Assembly: GCA_964617285.1 (NCBI GenBank)
Contig: CAZTXJ010000001.1
Span: forward strand, 15,237 to 79,236
Reading direction: 5' to 3'
DNA from: an uncultured Calditrichaceae bacterium
GTDB taxonomy: Bacteria; Calditrichota; Calditrichia; RBG-13-44-9
Length of the DNA stretch: 64,000 nt
Both the position numbers and the translations under genes were made by a program. The first letter of the stretch is position 1; each line of letters opens with the position of its first letter. The notes under the pieces were generated by a model. It was not told where the DNA came from, ran no database searches, and saw only the letters and a list, made by a program, of their open reading frames with translations. Below, one piece after another: positions 1 to 11,349 of this stretch.

Positions 1-123
1 TATAGCTTAACCATCTCCAAACCATCTTTTTATTTGTAAAATATCATTTCTATTATATTATCCCAGCTTAATAAATTAAATTATTGCCTTATCAACGCGA
101 TGTTTGGGTTTAAATATTAGCTT

Positions 124-2823
124 ATGATTAGCAATGGTATTATTTTGAAGAGAATATTGACTTGTAGGATTTGGTTTGCACTATTATTTGTTCTGTTAAT
201 TGTTCCGGGCGTTCTGGGACAAGAAGTTGAAACGCCCAGAAAATTTACCCTTCCGTTTGATACCACATTTAAATATCCCCTGGAGAATCTAACATATCAT
301 CAGCCCCGATCATTAAAAGTTGCTTTGGTTTTAAGTGGCGGCGGTGCCAGAGGATTTGCTCATTTGGGTGTGTTGAAAGCACTGGAAGAAAATCGTATAC
401 CATTCGATCTCATCGTTGGTAGTAGTATTGGAAGTGCCGTAGGTGGATTCTACGCCGCCGGGTATTCTGCAGATCAATTAATTAACATCTTTCATCACAT
501 TGATTGGCAAAACCTCTTTACCGATGAAACATTCAGGAGAAACCTATTTTGGTCTCAGAAATCAACTCCCCGCCAGCATATTCTTGAGTTGCGGTTTGAT
601 AATGCAATTCCTTACATACCCTCCTCTCTGACACCTGGACAAAAGGTTTTTGATATTATCTATTCGCGTTTACTTAAAGCAAATTTTCAGGCTGCTAATA
701 ATTTTGATAATCTGAAAATTCCCTTTCGCGCAGTTGCAACCGATTTGATAAGTGGTAAGCGTGTTGTGATAAAGGAAGGCGATCTATCCGAAGCTATCAG
801 CGGAAGCATGGCAGTGCCACTTTTATTTGCCCCGGTGGAGTGGAATGGAATGTGGCTCGCAGATGGGGGGATCCGGGACAATCTTCCGGTTGATGTTGCA
901 TTAGACAATCGGGCCGATATAACCATAGCGGTGGATGTGACCTCACCCCTCCGTACCCCCGATCAAATACGGTCTCCCTGGCAACTAGCAGATCAGGTAA
1001 CCACCATTATGATGCAGGAACCAACCCGGGAAAGCCGGCAATTGGCCGATGTTCTTATTATTCCGGACTTACATGATCATGCTACTGGTGATTTTACCGA
1101 GATGGATTCTCTTATTGAATATGGATATAAAGCCACACTTCAAAAAATTGGAGAAATCGAAGATCTGATAAGAGTGAGGATGGACAATATTTGGGGCGAA
1201 AATCAATATCTGGGAAAAGTCCGTGAAGTAAAAATTAGCGGTCTCAAAAATACGGAATTGGATACCCTTATTGAAAGAATAAATACTCAATCCGGATACA
1301 GTCTTTATGTTTATGATCTTTATAAGGATTTATTAACTTTATATCAGACCGGTCTACTCTCGGATGCATATGTAACGGTTTCCGGACCACCATATGATTG
1401 TCTGGTAGAATTTCATCTTGTTGAAAATCCAGTGGTCCAGGAAATCAATTTCAATTCCAATAATGTCTTTCAGGATAGCACTTTACTTCGGATATTGGAC
1501 CTTCCAACGGGGAAAATCCTGAATTATAATTTACTTTTTTCGGGTGTAGATTCACTTCTAAAAATGGAGATTGAAGAAGGATACTCTCTGGCACGGGTAA
1601 CCAATATCAAATATGATAGCCTTTCAAAAGCCATAACTATTTTCATTGACGAGGGCTTAATTAAAAAAATTGAGGTCCGGGGAAACCGGCGAACAAGGAG
1701 TTATGTAATTACCAGGGAATTGGCTTTGCATGAAAATCAAATCTTTAAAGCAGAGAGTGCAGTTGAAAGTATAAGAAATATTTATAGCACTCAGCTTTTT
1801 GACCGGGTAACGCTCAATGCTCAAAGATTTGAAGACGGCTATCATGTAATCGCAAAAGTGAAGGAAAAAAAATATTTCCTGATGCGTCTCGGTGGTAATG
1901 CATCTTTGGAGAGAAAAGCAAAAGGTTTGCTTGAATTCGCCGAGGACAATCTCTTTGGCCGAGAAATTAAATTATCCCTTACAGGTACAATTGGAGAATT
2001 GGAGAGAACTGCGGAAGCCAGGATATTTAGTGTCCGACTGTTTAATTCTTATATTACCTATCGATTAGCCCTGTATTATCACGAGCGCGAAGACAGATTC
2101 TACAAAAATTTTACTCGCCTTGGAAATTATTTAACTATCCGACGAGGTATGCTCTTCATCCTTGGGCAACAAATAGAGCGATTAGGATCAATAACCGCAG
2201 AACTGCGCTGGGATAGAATTAATGTATTTTCAAATGATCCCGTTTTTCCCTATGTAGATAATTATCGGATTCGTTCTCTTACCATTAGATCCAGTGTGGA
2301 TAAAAGAGATAAATTACCTTTCCCGGATAGAGGAATTTATAATCGCTGGTATTGGGAAAGTGGTAATCAGAAATTATTGGGGGGTTCGGTTGCCTTTACC
2401 AGATTTTATATCGCATTGGAAGGTTATTATCCCCTTGGTAAAAATATCAATTTCAGGGCCAGAGCGGAAGGCGGTAGTTCGGATCTTACTTTGCCATTTT
2501 CTGAATTTTTTACCCTTGGTGGTATGCTTCAATTTCCCGGACTTTATGAAAGGGAACGCTTTGGCCGACAGATGCTTTTATATTCTAATGAATTACGTTA
2601 TAAATTCAGATGGCCACTACCCATTGATATATATGTTGGTGGGAGCTATAATATCGGGTCCACCTGGGACTCTTCGGAAGACCCCATAAAAAGAACGGAT
2701 TTTCTTACAAGCTGGAGTGCATATATAGCGTTGAACTCTATTTTTGGTCCAATTCGGTTAGCCTATGGAAATTTGACCGGTCAGCGCGGTTTAATTTATT
2801 TTTCTCTGGGTTATAATTTTTAA
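124..2823 (+). CDS. Patatin-like phospholipase fused to a POTRA/Omp85 (BamA-like) beta-barrel, resembling PlpD-type Vd secretion proteins
   Basis: N-terminal signal/TM. Patatin motifs are present: oxyanion GGGARG, nucleophile GSSIGS (GxSxG) and the catalytic DGG Asp. The long C-terminal region is beta-strand-rich and ends in a terminal Phe (YNF), as in outer membrane barrels. Confidence 0.65.
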   Translation: MISNGIILKRILTCRIWFALLFVLLIVPGVLGQEVETPRKFTLPFDTTFKYPLENLTYHQPRSLKVALVLSGGGARGFAHLGVLKALEENRIPFDLIVGSSIGSAVGGFYAAGYSADQLINIFHHIDWQNLFTDETFRRNLFWSQKSTPRQHILELRFDNAIPYIPSSLTPGQKVFDIIYSRLLKANFQAANNFDNLKIPFRAVATDLISGKRVVIKEGDLSEAISGSMAVPLLFAPVEWNGMWLADGGIRDNLPVDVALDNRADITIAVDVTSPLRTPDQIRSPWQLADQVTTIMMQEPTRESRQLADVLIIPDLHDHATGDFTEMDSLIEYGYKATLQKIGEIEDLIRVRMDNIWGENQYLGKVREVKISGLKNTELDTLIERINTQSGYSLYVYDLYKDLLTLYQTGLLSDAYVTVSGPPYDCLVEFHLVENPVVQEINFNSNNVFQDSTLLRILDLPTGKILNYNLLFSGVDSLLKMEIEEGYSLARVTNIKYDSLSKAITIFIDEGLIKKIEVRGNRRTRSYVITRELALHENQIFKAESAVESIRNIYSTQLFDRVTLNAQRFEDGYHVIAKVKEKKYFLMRLGGNASLERKAKGLLEFAEDNLFGREIKLSLTGTIGELERTAEARIFSVRLFNSYITYRLALYYHEREDRFYKNFTRLGNYLTIRRGMLFILGQQIERLGSITAELRWDRINVFSNDPVFPYVDNYRIRSLTIRSSVDKRDKLPFPDRGIYNRWYWESGNQKLLGGSVAFTRFYIALEGYYPLGKNINFRARAEGGSSDLTLPFSEFFTLGGMLQFPGLYERERFGRQMLLYSNELRYKFRWPLPIDIYVGGSYNIGSTWDSSEDPIKRTDFLTSWSAYIALNSIFGPIRLAYGNLTGQRGLIYFSLGYNF

Positions 2824-2955
2824 AAATCTTAGGAATAGTATATTAAACCGTCTTTTTTTTTGAGAGCGTCACTAAATATTTGAAAGATATTACTATTATC
2901 TCTTGATTTTTTCAAAAAATATATTAAATTAAAACACAATTTTAATTCCATTTTT

Positions 2956-3348
2956 ATGAAAACAGTTCATACCACCATTTTGTTAGTACTATTCGTTTCT
3001 CTGCTCATGGCCAATGCAGTTCTTATTGAATGGAAAGCGGATCCGGAACAGGATAAGGTGGTCCTACAATGGAAAACCTCCCAGGAAAATGATGTCCAGA
3101 AGTTTGTTATCGAACGTTCGATCGATAATAAAAATTTTACGGATATTGGTGAAGTCATTTCTCGCGGACCTGGTTATCAGTATCGTTTTGAGGATACCAA
3201 CCTTGGCCGTGCCAAGAGCATTTTTTATTATCGGCTTCGAATCGTCAATAATGATGGCACGTTTGACTACAGCGATGCTTTACAGGTTATCGCAAGTATC
3301 AACAGTATTACCCGAACATGGGGTACCATAAAGGCCTGGTTCAGATAA
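2956..3348 (+). CDS. Small secreted hypothetical protein with an Fn3-like beta-sandwich pattern
   Basis: Signal peptide, then a W-x-E...F-IERS-D...YYRL motif common in small FCB-group secreted domains. No catalytic motif. Confidence 0.35.
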   Translation: MKTVHTTILLVLFVSLLMANAVLIEWKADPEQDKVVLQWKTSQENDVQKFVIERSIDNKNFTDIGEVISRGPGYQYRFEDTNLGRAKSIFYYRLRIVNNDGTFDYSDALQVIASINSITRTWGTIKAWFR

Positions 3349-3742
3349 GCGCCTATTTATACCCTGCAGAATTAAACACAAATATTTCGCTTAAAATTTC
3401 CTTTTTTTCCAGCATTTAAGAAAAAATACCTCGTTTTTTATTTTAACTTTAGATTAAATATTTTGGTTGATTAGTTTGAAAGTGTGCTTATTTTGATTAA
3501 AATACCACGGGATTTTTTGTATTTTGATTAACCTGGTTTAAGATAAAATTTCACATAAATTAATTTTTTACTAATAAAATAATACCGTTTTCCGATAGTA
3601 ATGGATAGAAATAAAGGAATACTGAACCATGGACTCGGTGAGCAATTTCTTTCTTTATTATCTATTGACAAAAATCACAAATATTATTAATTTGAATTTA
3701 ATAAAGCCGAAGTATTGACAATTAATTTAGGATAAGCTCTGA

Positions 3743-4666
3743 ATGAATGATAAGCCACGCTTCATTTTTATAAATCCAAATTCATCTACCTTTAAGCAAA
3801 TAAATATTTCTTTTACCAAAATATCAATCGGCATTCTTGTTTTTGTGGTTTTATTTGCCGTGGCTGTAAAATTGTCGATCGATTTTGGGATCAAGTTTAA
3901 TCACAATTCCCAGATTTCCAAACTCCATTCCGAAAATTCGGTGCTCCAGGTTCAACTGAAGCAAATGGCTGAAAAAATTGATTTTCTGCGAGAGCAGATA
4001 GATCAGATCGAAGAGCTTGATGATAAGATTAGAGCGCGTTTGGATGTGCCTTTATTGGATGAAGATGTTCGCCAGGTCGGTATCGGAGGTTCGGATGTAG
4101 CCCATCTTTCGGATGTTCAGGTGGATGATATCAAACTGAAATCCGATATTCTTAAGAATCATTCGACCTTGGCTCGGCTGGAGAGGGAAATTAAACTGGA
4201 AAATGAAAGTTTTAAGAAATTACTGTCTACCATGGAACGCAAGGAAGATTCCTTGAGATTCCTGCCGGCAATAAAACCGGTAGCAAATGGCCGTATTACT
4301 GATGGATTTGGTAAACGTCGTCATCCGATTTTCAAACGAATTATGGATCATCATGGAATTGATATTGCCGCAAACCGTGGTACGCCAATATTGGCTCCGG
4401 CCGATGGCTATGTGACATATACCGGGCGGAATGGTGGATATGGAAACTTTGTTTCAATTAACCATAAATATGGATTTGAGACAAAGTATGGGCATTTACA
4501 AAAAATATACGTTCGTCGAGGACAATTTGTAAAACGTGGCGATAAAATCGGAGAAGTTGGAAATTCCGGAATCTCTACAGCCCCTCATTTACATTACGAA
4601 GTTCATTACCGGGGGAAACCTGTAGATCCTACCAATTACTATTTTCAAGATATTAAATTCGAATAA
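3743..4666 (+). CDS. M23 family peptidase (murein endopeptidase-like) with N-terminal TM and coiled coil
   Basis: HHGIDIAA...GTPILAPADGYV...HLHYEV zinc-ligand pattern of LytM/M23. N-terminal hydrophobic anchor and a heptad-rich region. Confidence 0.8.
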   Translation: MNDKPRFIFINPNSSTFKQINISFTKISIGILVFVVLFAVAVKLSIDFGIKFNHNSQISKLHSENSVLQVQLKQMAEKIDFLREQIDQIEELDDKIRARLDVPLLDEDVRQVGIGGSDVAHLSDVQVDDIKLKSDILKNHSTLARLEREIKLENESFKKLLSTMERKEDSLRFLPAIKPVANGRITDGFGKRRHPIFKRIMDHHGIDIAANRGTPILAPADGYVTYTGRNGGYGNFVSINHKYGFETKYGHLQKIYVRRGQFVKRGDKIGEVGNSGISTAPHLHYEVHYRGKPVDPTNYYFQDIKFE

Positions 4667-4687
4667 TTTTTTTATCAATATCAATTA

Positions 4688-4708
4688 TTGTCTTGAGCAA
4701 TAAGACAA
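4688..4708. promoter_or_regulatory. Inverted repeat TTGTCTT-N7-AAGACAA immediately upstream of the Fur-family gene
   Basis: Perfect 7-bp arms seen directly. It ends about 14 nt before the ATG at 4722. Confidence 0.3.
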
Positions 4709-4721
4709 CCAGTAATTTTTC

Positions 4722-5162
4722 ATGTTAGATTTCAAAACCGCCCTTCACAACCTGAGAACTTATCTCCGGGAAAATAATCTTCGGTTTACTACAGAAAGAG
4801 TAATAATACTCGAAGAAATCTTTTCTTCTCCTCCCCATTTTGATGCAGAACAACTATTTATTCAAATTAGAAATAAACACCAGCATATTTCCCGGGCCAC
4901 TGTTTACCGGACACTTGACCTGTTGAGTCAGATTGGTATTATTAAAAAGGAGAATCTGGGTCAGGGATATGCAAGCTATGAGTTAAAACTGAATGTCCCC
5001 CACCATGATCATATGATCTGTGTGGAGTGCGGAAAAGTCGTAGAATTTGTTGATGAGGTCATTGAAAAAAGGCAGAAAGAAATTAGCGAAAAATATGGAA
5101 TGGAAATGATTCGACATCAATTACAAATATTTGGTCGCTGTAAAGAGCATCAGAAAAAGTAA
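4722..5162 (+). CDS. Fur family transcriptional regulator (Fur/Zur/PerR-like)
   Basis: Winged-helix N-terminus, the HHDHMICxxCG metal site and a C-terminal Cys pair. Confidence 0.8.
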   Translation: MLDFKTALHNLRTYLRENNLRFTTERVIILEEIFSSPPHFDAEQLFIQIRNKHQHISRATVYRTLDLLSQIGIIKKENLGQGYASYELKLNVPHHDHMICVECGKVVEFVDEVIEKRQKEISEKYGMEMIRHQLQIFGRCKEHQKK

Positions 5163-5519
5163 ATTTTAGTCCTTCTATTCATACACCTTTATCTCCTTAT
5201 AAATATCCTTATTCCAAATTTATTCTATTTTAATTAACCTGTAATTTGAGTTGGCTCCAAAAGATTAGCTTTTATCTATTGTTTTTAATACTGCATTTTT
5301 TTATTTTAGCCCGGCATCATTAGGATTTTGACTATTTTAAATTAGTTCCAATTTTATTTCTCTTTAAATTTGAAAAATTTGGAGAGAAATTAGAAATATA
5401 GTTATAAAAGAAATTGTCCCGATGAGTCTTTACAATTTAAATTTTTTTAAAATATTACCACTACTTATGTGTGAATATGTTATTAATAAAAATCATAGTT
5501 TATAGATGGTATTTATGAT

Positions 5520-6257
5520 ATGGAAGTTATAGCTATTATCCCGGCCCGTTATGGTTCTACCCGATTACCCGGCAAACCACTTTTATCTCTGGCGGGTCGG
5601 CCGCTTATTCTCCATGTATTGGACAGAGCCAAGGAAATAAAATCAGTCAATCGTGTATTGGTTGCAACGGATGATGATAGAATAATTAAATCAGTAACAG
5701 AATACGGTGGTGAAGCTGTTATGACACCCACCGAGCTGGCTTCCGGTAGTGACCGGGTCGGTTGGGTAGCCAAGAGTCTTTCCTGCGAAATCGTGGTAAA
5801 TCTTCAGGGAGATGAGCCATTGATTGATACCGTAGCTATTGATCGGGCAATTTCCGTATTACAAAATGATAAAAGTCAGATGGTGGCAACACTGGGGTAT
5901 CCGATAAAAAAGGAGAATCTGTGGAAAAATGTTAATGTGGTGAAGGTAATCGCAGATGAAAGTTATCAGGCGATCTATTTCTCCAGACAGCCAATACCAT
6001 ATTTCCGGGATGGAAAATTCAAAATGCTCCCACGCTTGTATCAGCATTTGGGAGTTTATATTTTCAGGAAAAACTTTTTAATGGAATATCTGGATTGGAG
6101 ACCTTCAATGCTCGAACAGGCCGAAAAATTAGAGCAATTAAGAATTTTGGAAAGAGGGTACGATATAAAAGTTATTGAAACTGACAGCCCCTCCTTTGGG
6201 GTAGATACTTCCGAAGACCTGCTTCGGGTAGAACAGCTGCTTAAACAAAAGGGATGA
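5520..6257 (+). CDS. kdsB: 3-deoxy-manno-octulosonate cytidylyltransferase (CMP-KDO synthetase)
   Basis: IIPARYGSTRLPGKPL N-terminal nucleotide-binding motif. Typical length. Confidence 0.85.
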   Translation: MEVIAIIPARYGSTRLPGKPLLSLAGRPLILHVLDRAKEIKSVNRVLVATDDDRIIKSVTEYGGEAVMTPTELASGSDRVGWVAKSLSCEIVVNLQGDEPLIDTVAIDRAISVLQNDKSQMVATLGYPIKKENLWKNVNVVKVIADESYQAIYFSRQPIPYFRDGKFKMLPRLYQHLGVYIFRKNFLMEYLDWRPSMLEQAEKLEQLRILERGYDIKVIETDSPSFGVDTSEDLLRVEQLLKQKG

Positions 6258-6261
6258 TTAA

Positions 6262-7899
<1,638 letters not shown>

Positions 7900-7911
7900 A
7901 AAGCGAACATT

Positions 7912-8283
7912 TTGGCTGAATATCAGATAAAAAATTTTTCCGAGATAGATGTGCTTTCCATTGATCCGGTAAAGGATAAATTTATTCTTCCCAATAAAAA
8001 GGTATATATCTTCAGTGATGCGATGTGCGATTATTGCTGGACCGGCGGCACGGTTCTGGAAAATACCGGAAATGAGAAAGAGTATTATTGCATTCTATGC
8101 GAAAATAATCTAAGCCGGGTAAAACTTAAAAATGATTTTTTAAATCCAACCGGAGATATATTTACGTTTTTACTTCCGAAATCCTGGTCAAAAGCTGAAA
8201 TCGAAGAATGGTATCAGGAGTTTAAAGAGAGAAGACTGGCCCAGGAAGAAGTGAGGCAACATATCTTAGAACACGGAAAGTAG
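7912..8283 (+). CDS. Hypothetical small protein with two CxxC pairs (zinc-ribbon-like); TTG start
   Basis: The ORF starts on TTG right after pyrG. CDYC...CILC are spaced about 20 aa apart. Weak ribosome-binding site. Confidence 0.3.
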   Translation: MAEYQIKNFSEIDVLSIDPVKDKFILPNKKVYIFSDAMCDYCWTGGTVLENTGNEKEYYCILCENNLSRVKLKNDFLNPTGDIFTFLLPKSWSKAEIEEWYQEFKERRLAQEEVRQHILEHGK

Positions 8284-8331
8284 TATCTCCCAATAGATGC
8301 TACCTGTCAAAGGAAGTATTTCATAATATCT

Positions 8332-9171
8332 ATGTCAAAAACAGTTACCATAGGAAAATATGAAATCGGTAAAGGAAAACCGTTAAGCATTATTGCCGGT
8401 CCCTGTGTTGTTGAAAACGAAAAACTGATTTTAGAAACCGCCGAACATTTGAAGAAAGTTTCGGAAAAACTAAATATACCACTCATCTTTAAGTCATCCT
8501 TTAAAAAAGCAAACCGTACATCGTTGGATGGATTTGTCGGTCTTCCTTTTGATCAGGCGCTGGAAATACTGGCAAAAGTCCGGCAGGAATTTAATTTACC
8601 CGTTTTAACAGACATTCATACCGAGTTGGAAGTACCGGTAGTTGCCGAGGTTGCCGATGTACTGCAAATACCGGCATTCTTATCCCGTCAGACGGATCTT
8701 CTTTTGGCTGCCGGTCGAACCGGGCGGGCAGTAAATATAAAAAAGGGCCAATTCCTTGCACCGGAAGATATGACCAAAGCGGTAATCAAAATTAAATCGA
8801 CCGGAAATGATAATATTCTACTAACCGAGAGAGGAACAACTTTTGGTTATCGAAATCTGATCGTGGATATGAGATCGCTGGTAATCATGGATCAAATTGG
8901 CTATCCGGTTGTTTACGATGCCACCCACAGTGTCCAAATTCCAGGGGGATTGGGGCATGCCAGTGGCGGCCAGCCCGAATTTATACTGCCGTTAGCCAGG
9001 GCAGCTATTGCCACCGGATCTGTGAGCGTTATATTTATGGAAGTTCATCCGGATCCGGCCAATGCCTTGAGCGATGCTGCCTCCCAGTTAAAACTGGATG
9101 ACTTTCCCCGTGTGGTTGAGAATTTACTTAATATATATGAAATTACATTATCTCAAAGTAAGAATAGTTAG
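8332..9171 (+). CDS. kdsA: 2-dehydro-3-deoxyphosphooctonate aldolase (KDO-8-phosphate synthase)
   Basis: IIAGPCVVEN start and the DAHP/KDO8P synthase fold motifs. Confidence 0.9.
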   Translation: MSKTVTIGKYEIGKGKPLSIIAGPCVVENEKLILETAEHLKKVSEKLNIPLIFKSSFKKANRTSLDGFVGLPFDQALEILAKVRQEFNLPVLTDIHTELEVPVVAEVADVLQIPAFLSRQTDLLLAAGRTGRAVNIKKGQFLAPEDMTKAVIKIKSTGNDNILLTERGTTFGYRNLIVDMRSLVIMDQIGYPVVYDATHSVQIPGGLGHASGGQPEFILPLARAAIATGSVSVIFMEVHPDPANALSDAASQLKLDDFPRVVENLLNIYEITLSQSKNS

Positions 9172-9183
9172 GGATTGTAAAAC

Positions 9184-9729
9184 TTGAATACGCCTATGAA
9201 TATTGAACCAGATGTTATAAAACGCGCTCAGAAGGTTAAAGTAATTTTGATGGATGTTGATGGTGTCATGACGCATGGAATGATTGTCTATGACAGTAAT
9301 GGTTTAGAAATAAAGCATTTTAATGCGCATGACGGATTGGGTATCAAGTTGGCTTTACTGGCAGGTTTAAAAACGGGAATTATTTCTGCCCGTGAGAGCG
9401 GTACGATCCGGACCAGGGCAAATGAACTTAAAATGGATTATCTTTATCTTGGTCGTGATAAAAAATTGGATGCATTTCGGGAACTGCAAAAAGATTTAAA
9501 TCTTGAACCGGAAGATTTCTGTTTTATTGGTGACGATCTCCCTGATATTCCGGTACTAAAACAGGTGGGTTTTGCTGTGGCGGTAAAAAACGCTTCGGCG
9601 ATGACCAGAGAGGTTGCACATTATGTAACGGAGAAGGATGGAGGAGAGGGTGCAGTGCGTGAAGTGGTAGAAATTATTTTAAGAGCCCAGGAGAAACTGG
9701 ATCGGGCTATTGACAAATTATGGCAGTAA
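9184..9729 (+). CDS. kdsC: KDO-8-phosphate phosphatase (HAD superfamily)
   Basis: DVDGVMT HAD motif I, small size, and position between kdsA and kdsD. Confidence 0.8.
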   Translation: MNTPMNIEPDVIKRAQKVKVILMDVDGVMTHGMIVYDSNGLEIKHFNAHDGLGIKLALLAGLKTGIISARESGTIRTRANELKMDYLYLGRDKKLDAFRELQKDLNLEPEDFCFIGDDLPDIPVLKQVGFAVAVKNASAMTREVAHYVTEKDGGEGAVREVVEIILRAQEKLDRAIDKLWQ

Positions 9730-9754
9730 TTTTTATAAATAGAGTACAACTCAT

Positions 9755-10735
9755 ATGAAAAATAATTCTTTAAACCTCGACAGTCTACAAACAGCATACC
9801 GGGTGATTGATCAGGAAATTGAAGCAATAAAAATTTTAAGGGAATCGGTTAATGGAGAATTTGGTAAAGCAGTAGATCTGATACTTTCCAGGCAGGGGAG
9901 GGTTATCGTGACAGGCCTGGGTAAATCCGGGGCAATTGGACGAAAACTGGCAGCAACCCTGGCTTCCACCGGAACGGCCTCTTATTTTTTGCATGCGTCG
10001 GAGGGAATTCATGGGGATTTGGGGATTGTCCATAAAGATGATGTGATTATTTGTCTTTCCAAAAGTGGTAACACGGATGAACTTAATTATCTCCTCCCGG
10101 TATTCAGAAAACTAAATGTACCGATCATTTCCATTACCTCTAATCCGGAATCGGTTTTGGGAAAACATAGTCGGATTGTTCTAAATATAGGGGTTAAAGA
10201 GGAGGCCTGTCCGCATGATCTGGCACCAACTTCCAGTACTACTGCTATGACGGTTCTGGGGGATGCCCTGGCTATCGCTTTGCTGGAAAAAAGAAATTTT
10301 ACCCGGGAAGATTTTGCCTTTTTACATCCGGCAGGCAGCCTGGGAAAACGCCTGTTGCTAAAAGTTGATGACATTATGGAAACCGGGGAAAACATCCCTT
10401 TTGTTCCGCTCCAGTCGAAAATGAAAAAAGCGGTTCTGGAAATGGCTTCCAAACGAGGGATTTGTATGGTAGTGGATGAAAATATGCAGATTTCCGGAGT
10501 GATTACCACGGGCGATCTGAACCGTTTGGTGGAACGAACCGAACAATTTTTTGATATTCCCGTAACAGAGGTGATGAATAAGAATCCGAAGATTATCAAA
10601 ATAAACACGCTGGCCTATACGGCCTATAAAAAAATGGAAGAACATCGGATTATTGCCATGCCGGTTATTGATGCCCAGAGTAAACTGTGTGGTGTCATTC
10701 ACCTGCATGATATCATGCGTGCCGGTATATTTTAA
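9755..10735 (+). CDS. kdsD: Arabinose-5-phosphate isomerase (KpsF/GutQ type; SIS plus tandem CBS)
   Basis: SIS domain (GLGKSG) followed by two CBS domains. Confidence 0.85.
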   Translation: MKNNSLNLDSLQTAYRVIDQEIEAIKILRESVNGEFGKAVDLILSRQGRVIVTGLGKSGAIGRKLAATLASTGTASYFLHASEGIHGDLGIVHKDDVIICLSKSGNTDELNYLLPVFRKLNVPIISITSNPESVLGKHSRIVLNIGVKEEACPHDLAPTSSTTAMTVLGDALAIALLEKRNFTREDFAFLHPAGSLGKRLLLKVDDIMETGENIPFVPLQSKMKKAVLEMASKRGICMVVDENMQISGVITTGDLNRLVERTEQFFDIPVTEVMNKNPKIIKINTLAYTAYKKMEEHRIIAMPVIDAQSKLCGVIHLHDIMRAGIF

Positions 10736-10737
10736 GA

Positions 10738-11349
10738 ATGAATATTAATGAATTAATAAAAAGTGAAATGAAACAAGTTAGTAATCATATCAGACTTACT
10801 GTTCAGATTTTTCTTCTCACAATCATCTCAGTAATTATTATTATTTCCGGATGCACCAAAATTGATGAAAATACACCGGTAGAGTCAATTGACAAAAAGA
10901 ATTATCCCGATCAGGAGAGTTGGAAATCCGAAATAACCATTACCAAGGACGGTAAACGTTTTGCTCAGATCTGGGCCGGTTATATTGCTTTTTATAATGA
11001 GAAAAAAATTACCGTTTTAACTGATAGTGTCCATGCTGATTTTTATGATAAAAATGGAAAACATAATTCAACGCTAACCGCGGACAGCAGCGTAGTGCAT
11101 AATCAAACCAACGATTTAACTGCTTATGGAAATGTGGTGGTTGTCTCGGATAGTGGGATTGTCCTGCAGACAGAGGTATTATTCTGGGACAATGAGAAAC
11201 AGAAAATCATCAGTGAAGTTCCGGTAAAGTTTACCACGAAAGAAGACACACTGATTGGCGATTCATTTGTTTCCAATCCGGATCTGACAAATTATGAAAT
11301 CAGAAATGCCCGTGGATATTCCCGCCGAAAAATTCCCATTGAAAAATGA
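10738..11349 (+). CDS. lptC: LPS export periplasmic protein LptC-like (membrane-anchored)
   Basis: Single N-terminal TM, about 200 aa. Lies immediately after kdsD and before the OstA-like and ABC ATPase genes, the canonical kdsD-kdsC-lptC-lptA-lptB neighbourhood. Confidence 0.5.
   Translation: MNINELIKSEMKQVSNHIRLTVQIFLLTIISVIIIISGCTKIDENTPVESIDKKNYPDQESWKSEITITKDGKRFAQIWAGYIAFYNEKKITVLTDSVHADFYDKNGKHNSTLTADSSVVHNQTNDLTAYGNVVVVSDSGIVLQTEVLFWDNEKQKIISEVPVKFTTKEDTLIGDSFVSNPDLTNYEIRNARGYSRRKIPIEK

Noticed and set aside
3014-3331. 105-aa ORF in an alternate frame overlapping the secreted Fn3-like ORF
   Set aside because: It overlaps the same strand and region almost entirely. The other frame has a signal peptide and a recognisable fold pattern.
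3488-3530. Short direct repeat ATTTTGATTAA (twice) in the AT-rich region upstream of the M23 peptidase gene
   Set aside because: Low-complexity AT-rich context; 11-bp matches are expected by chance.
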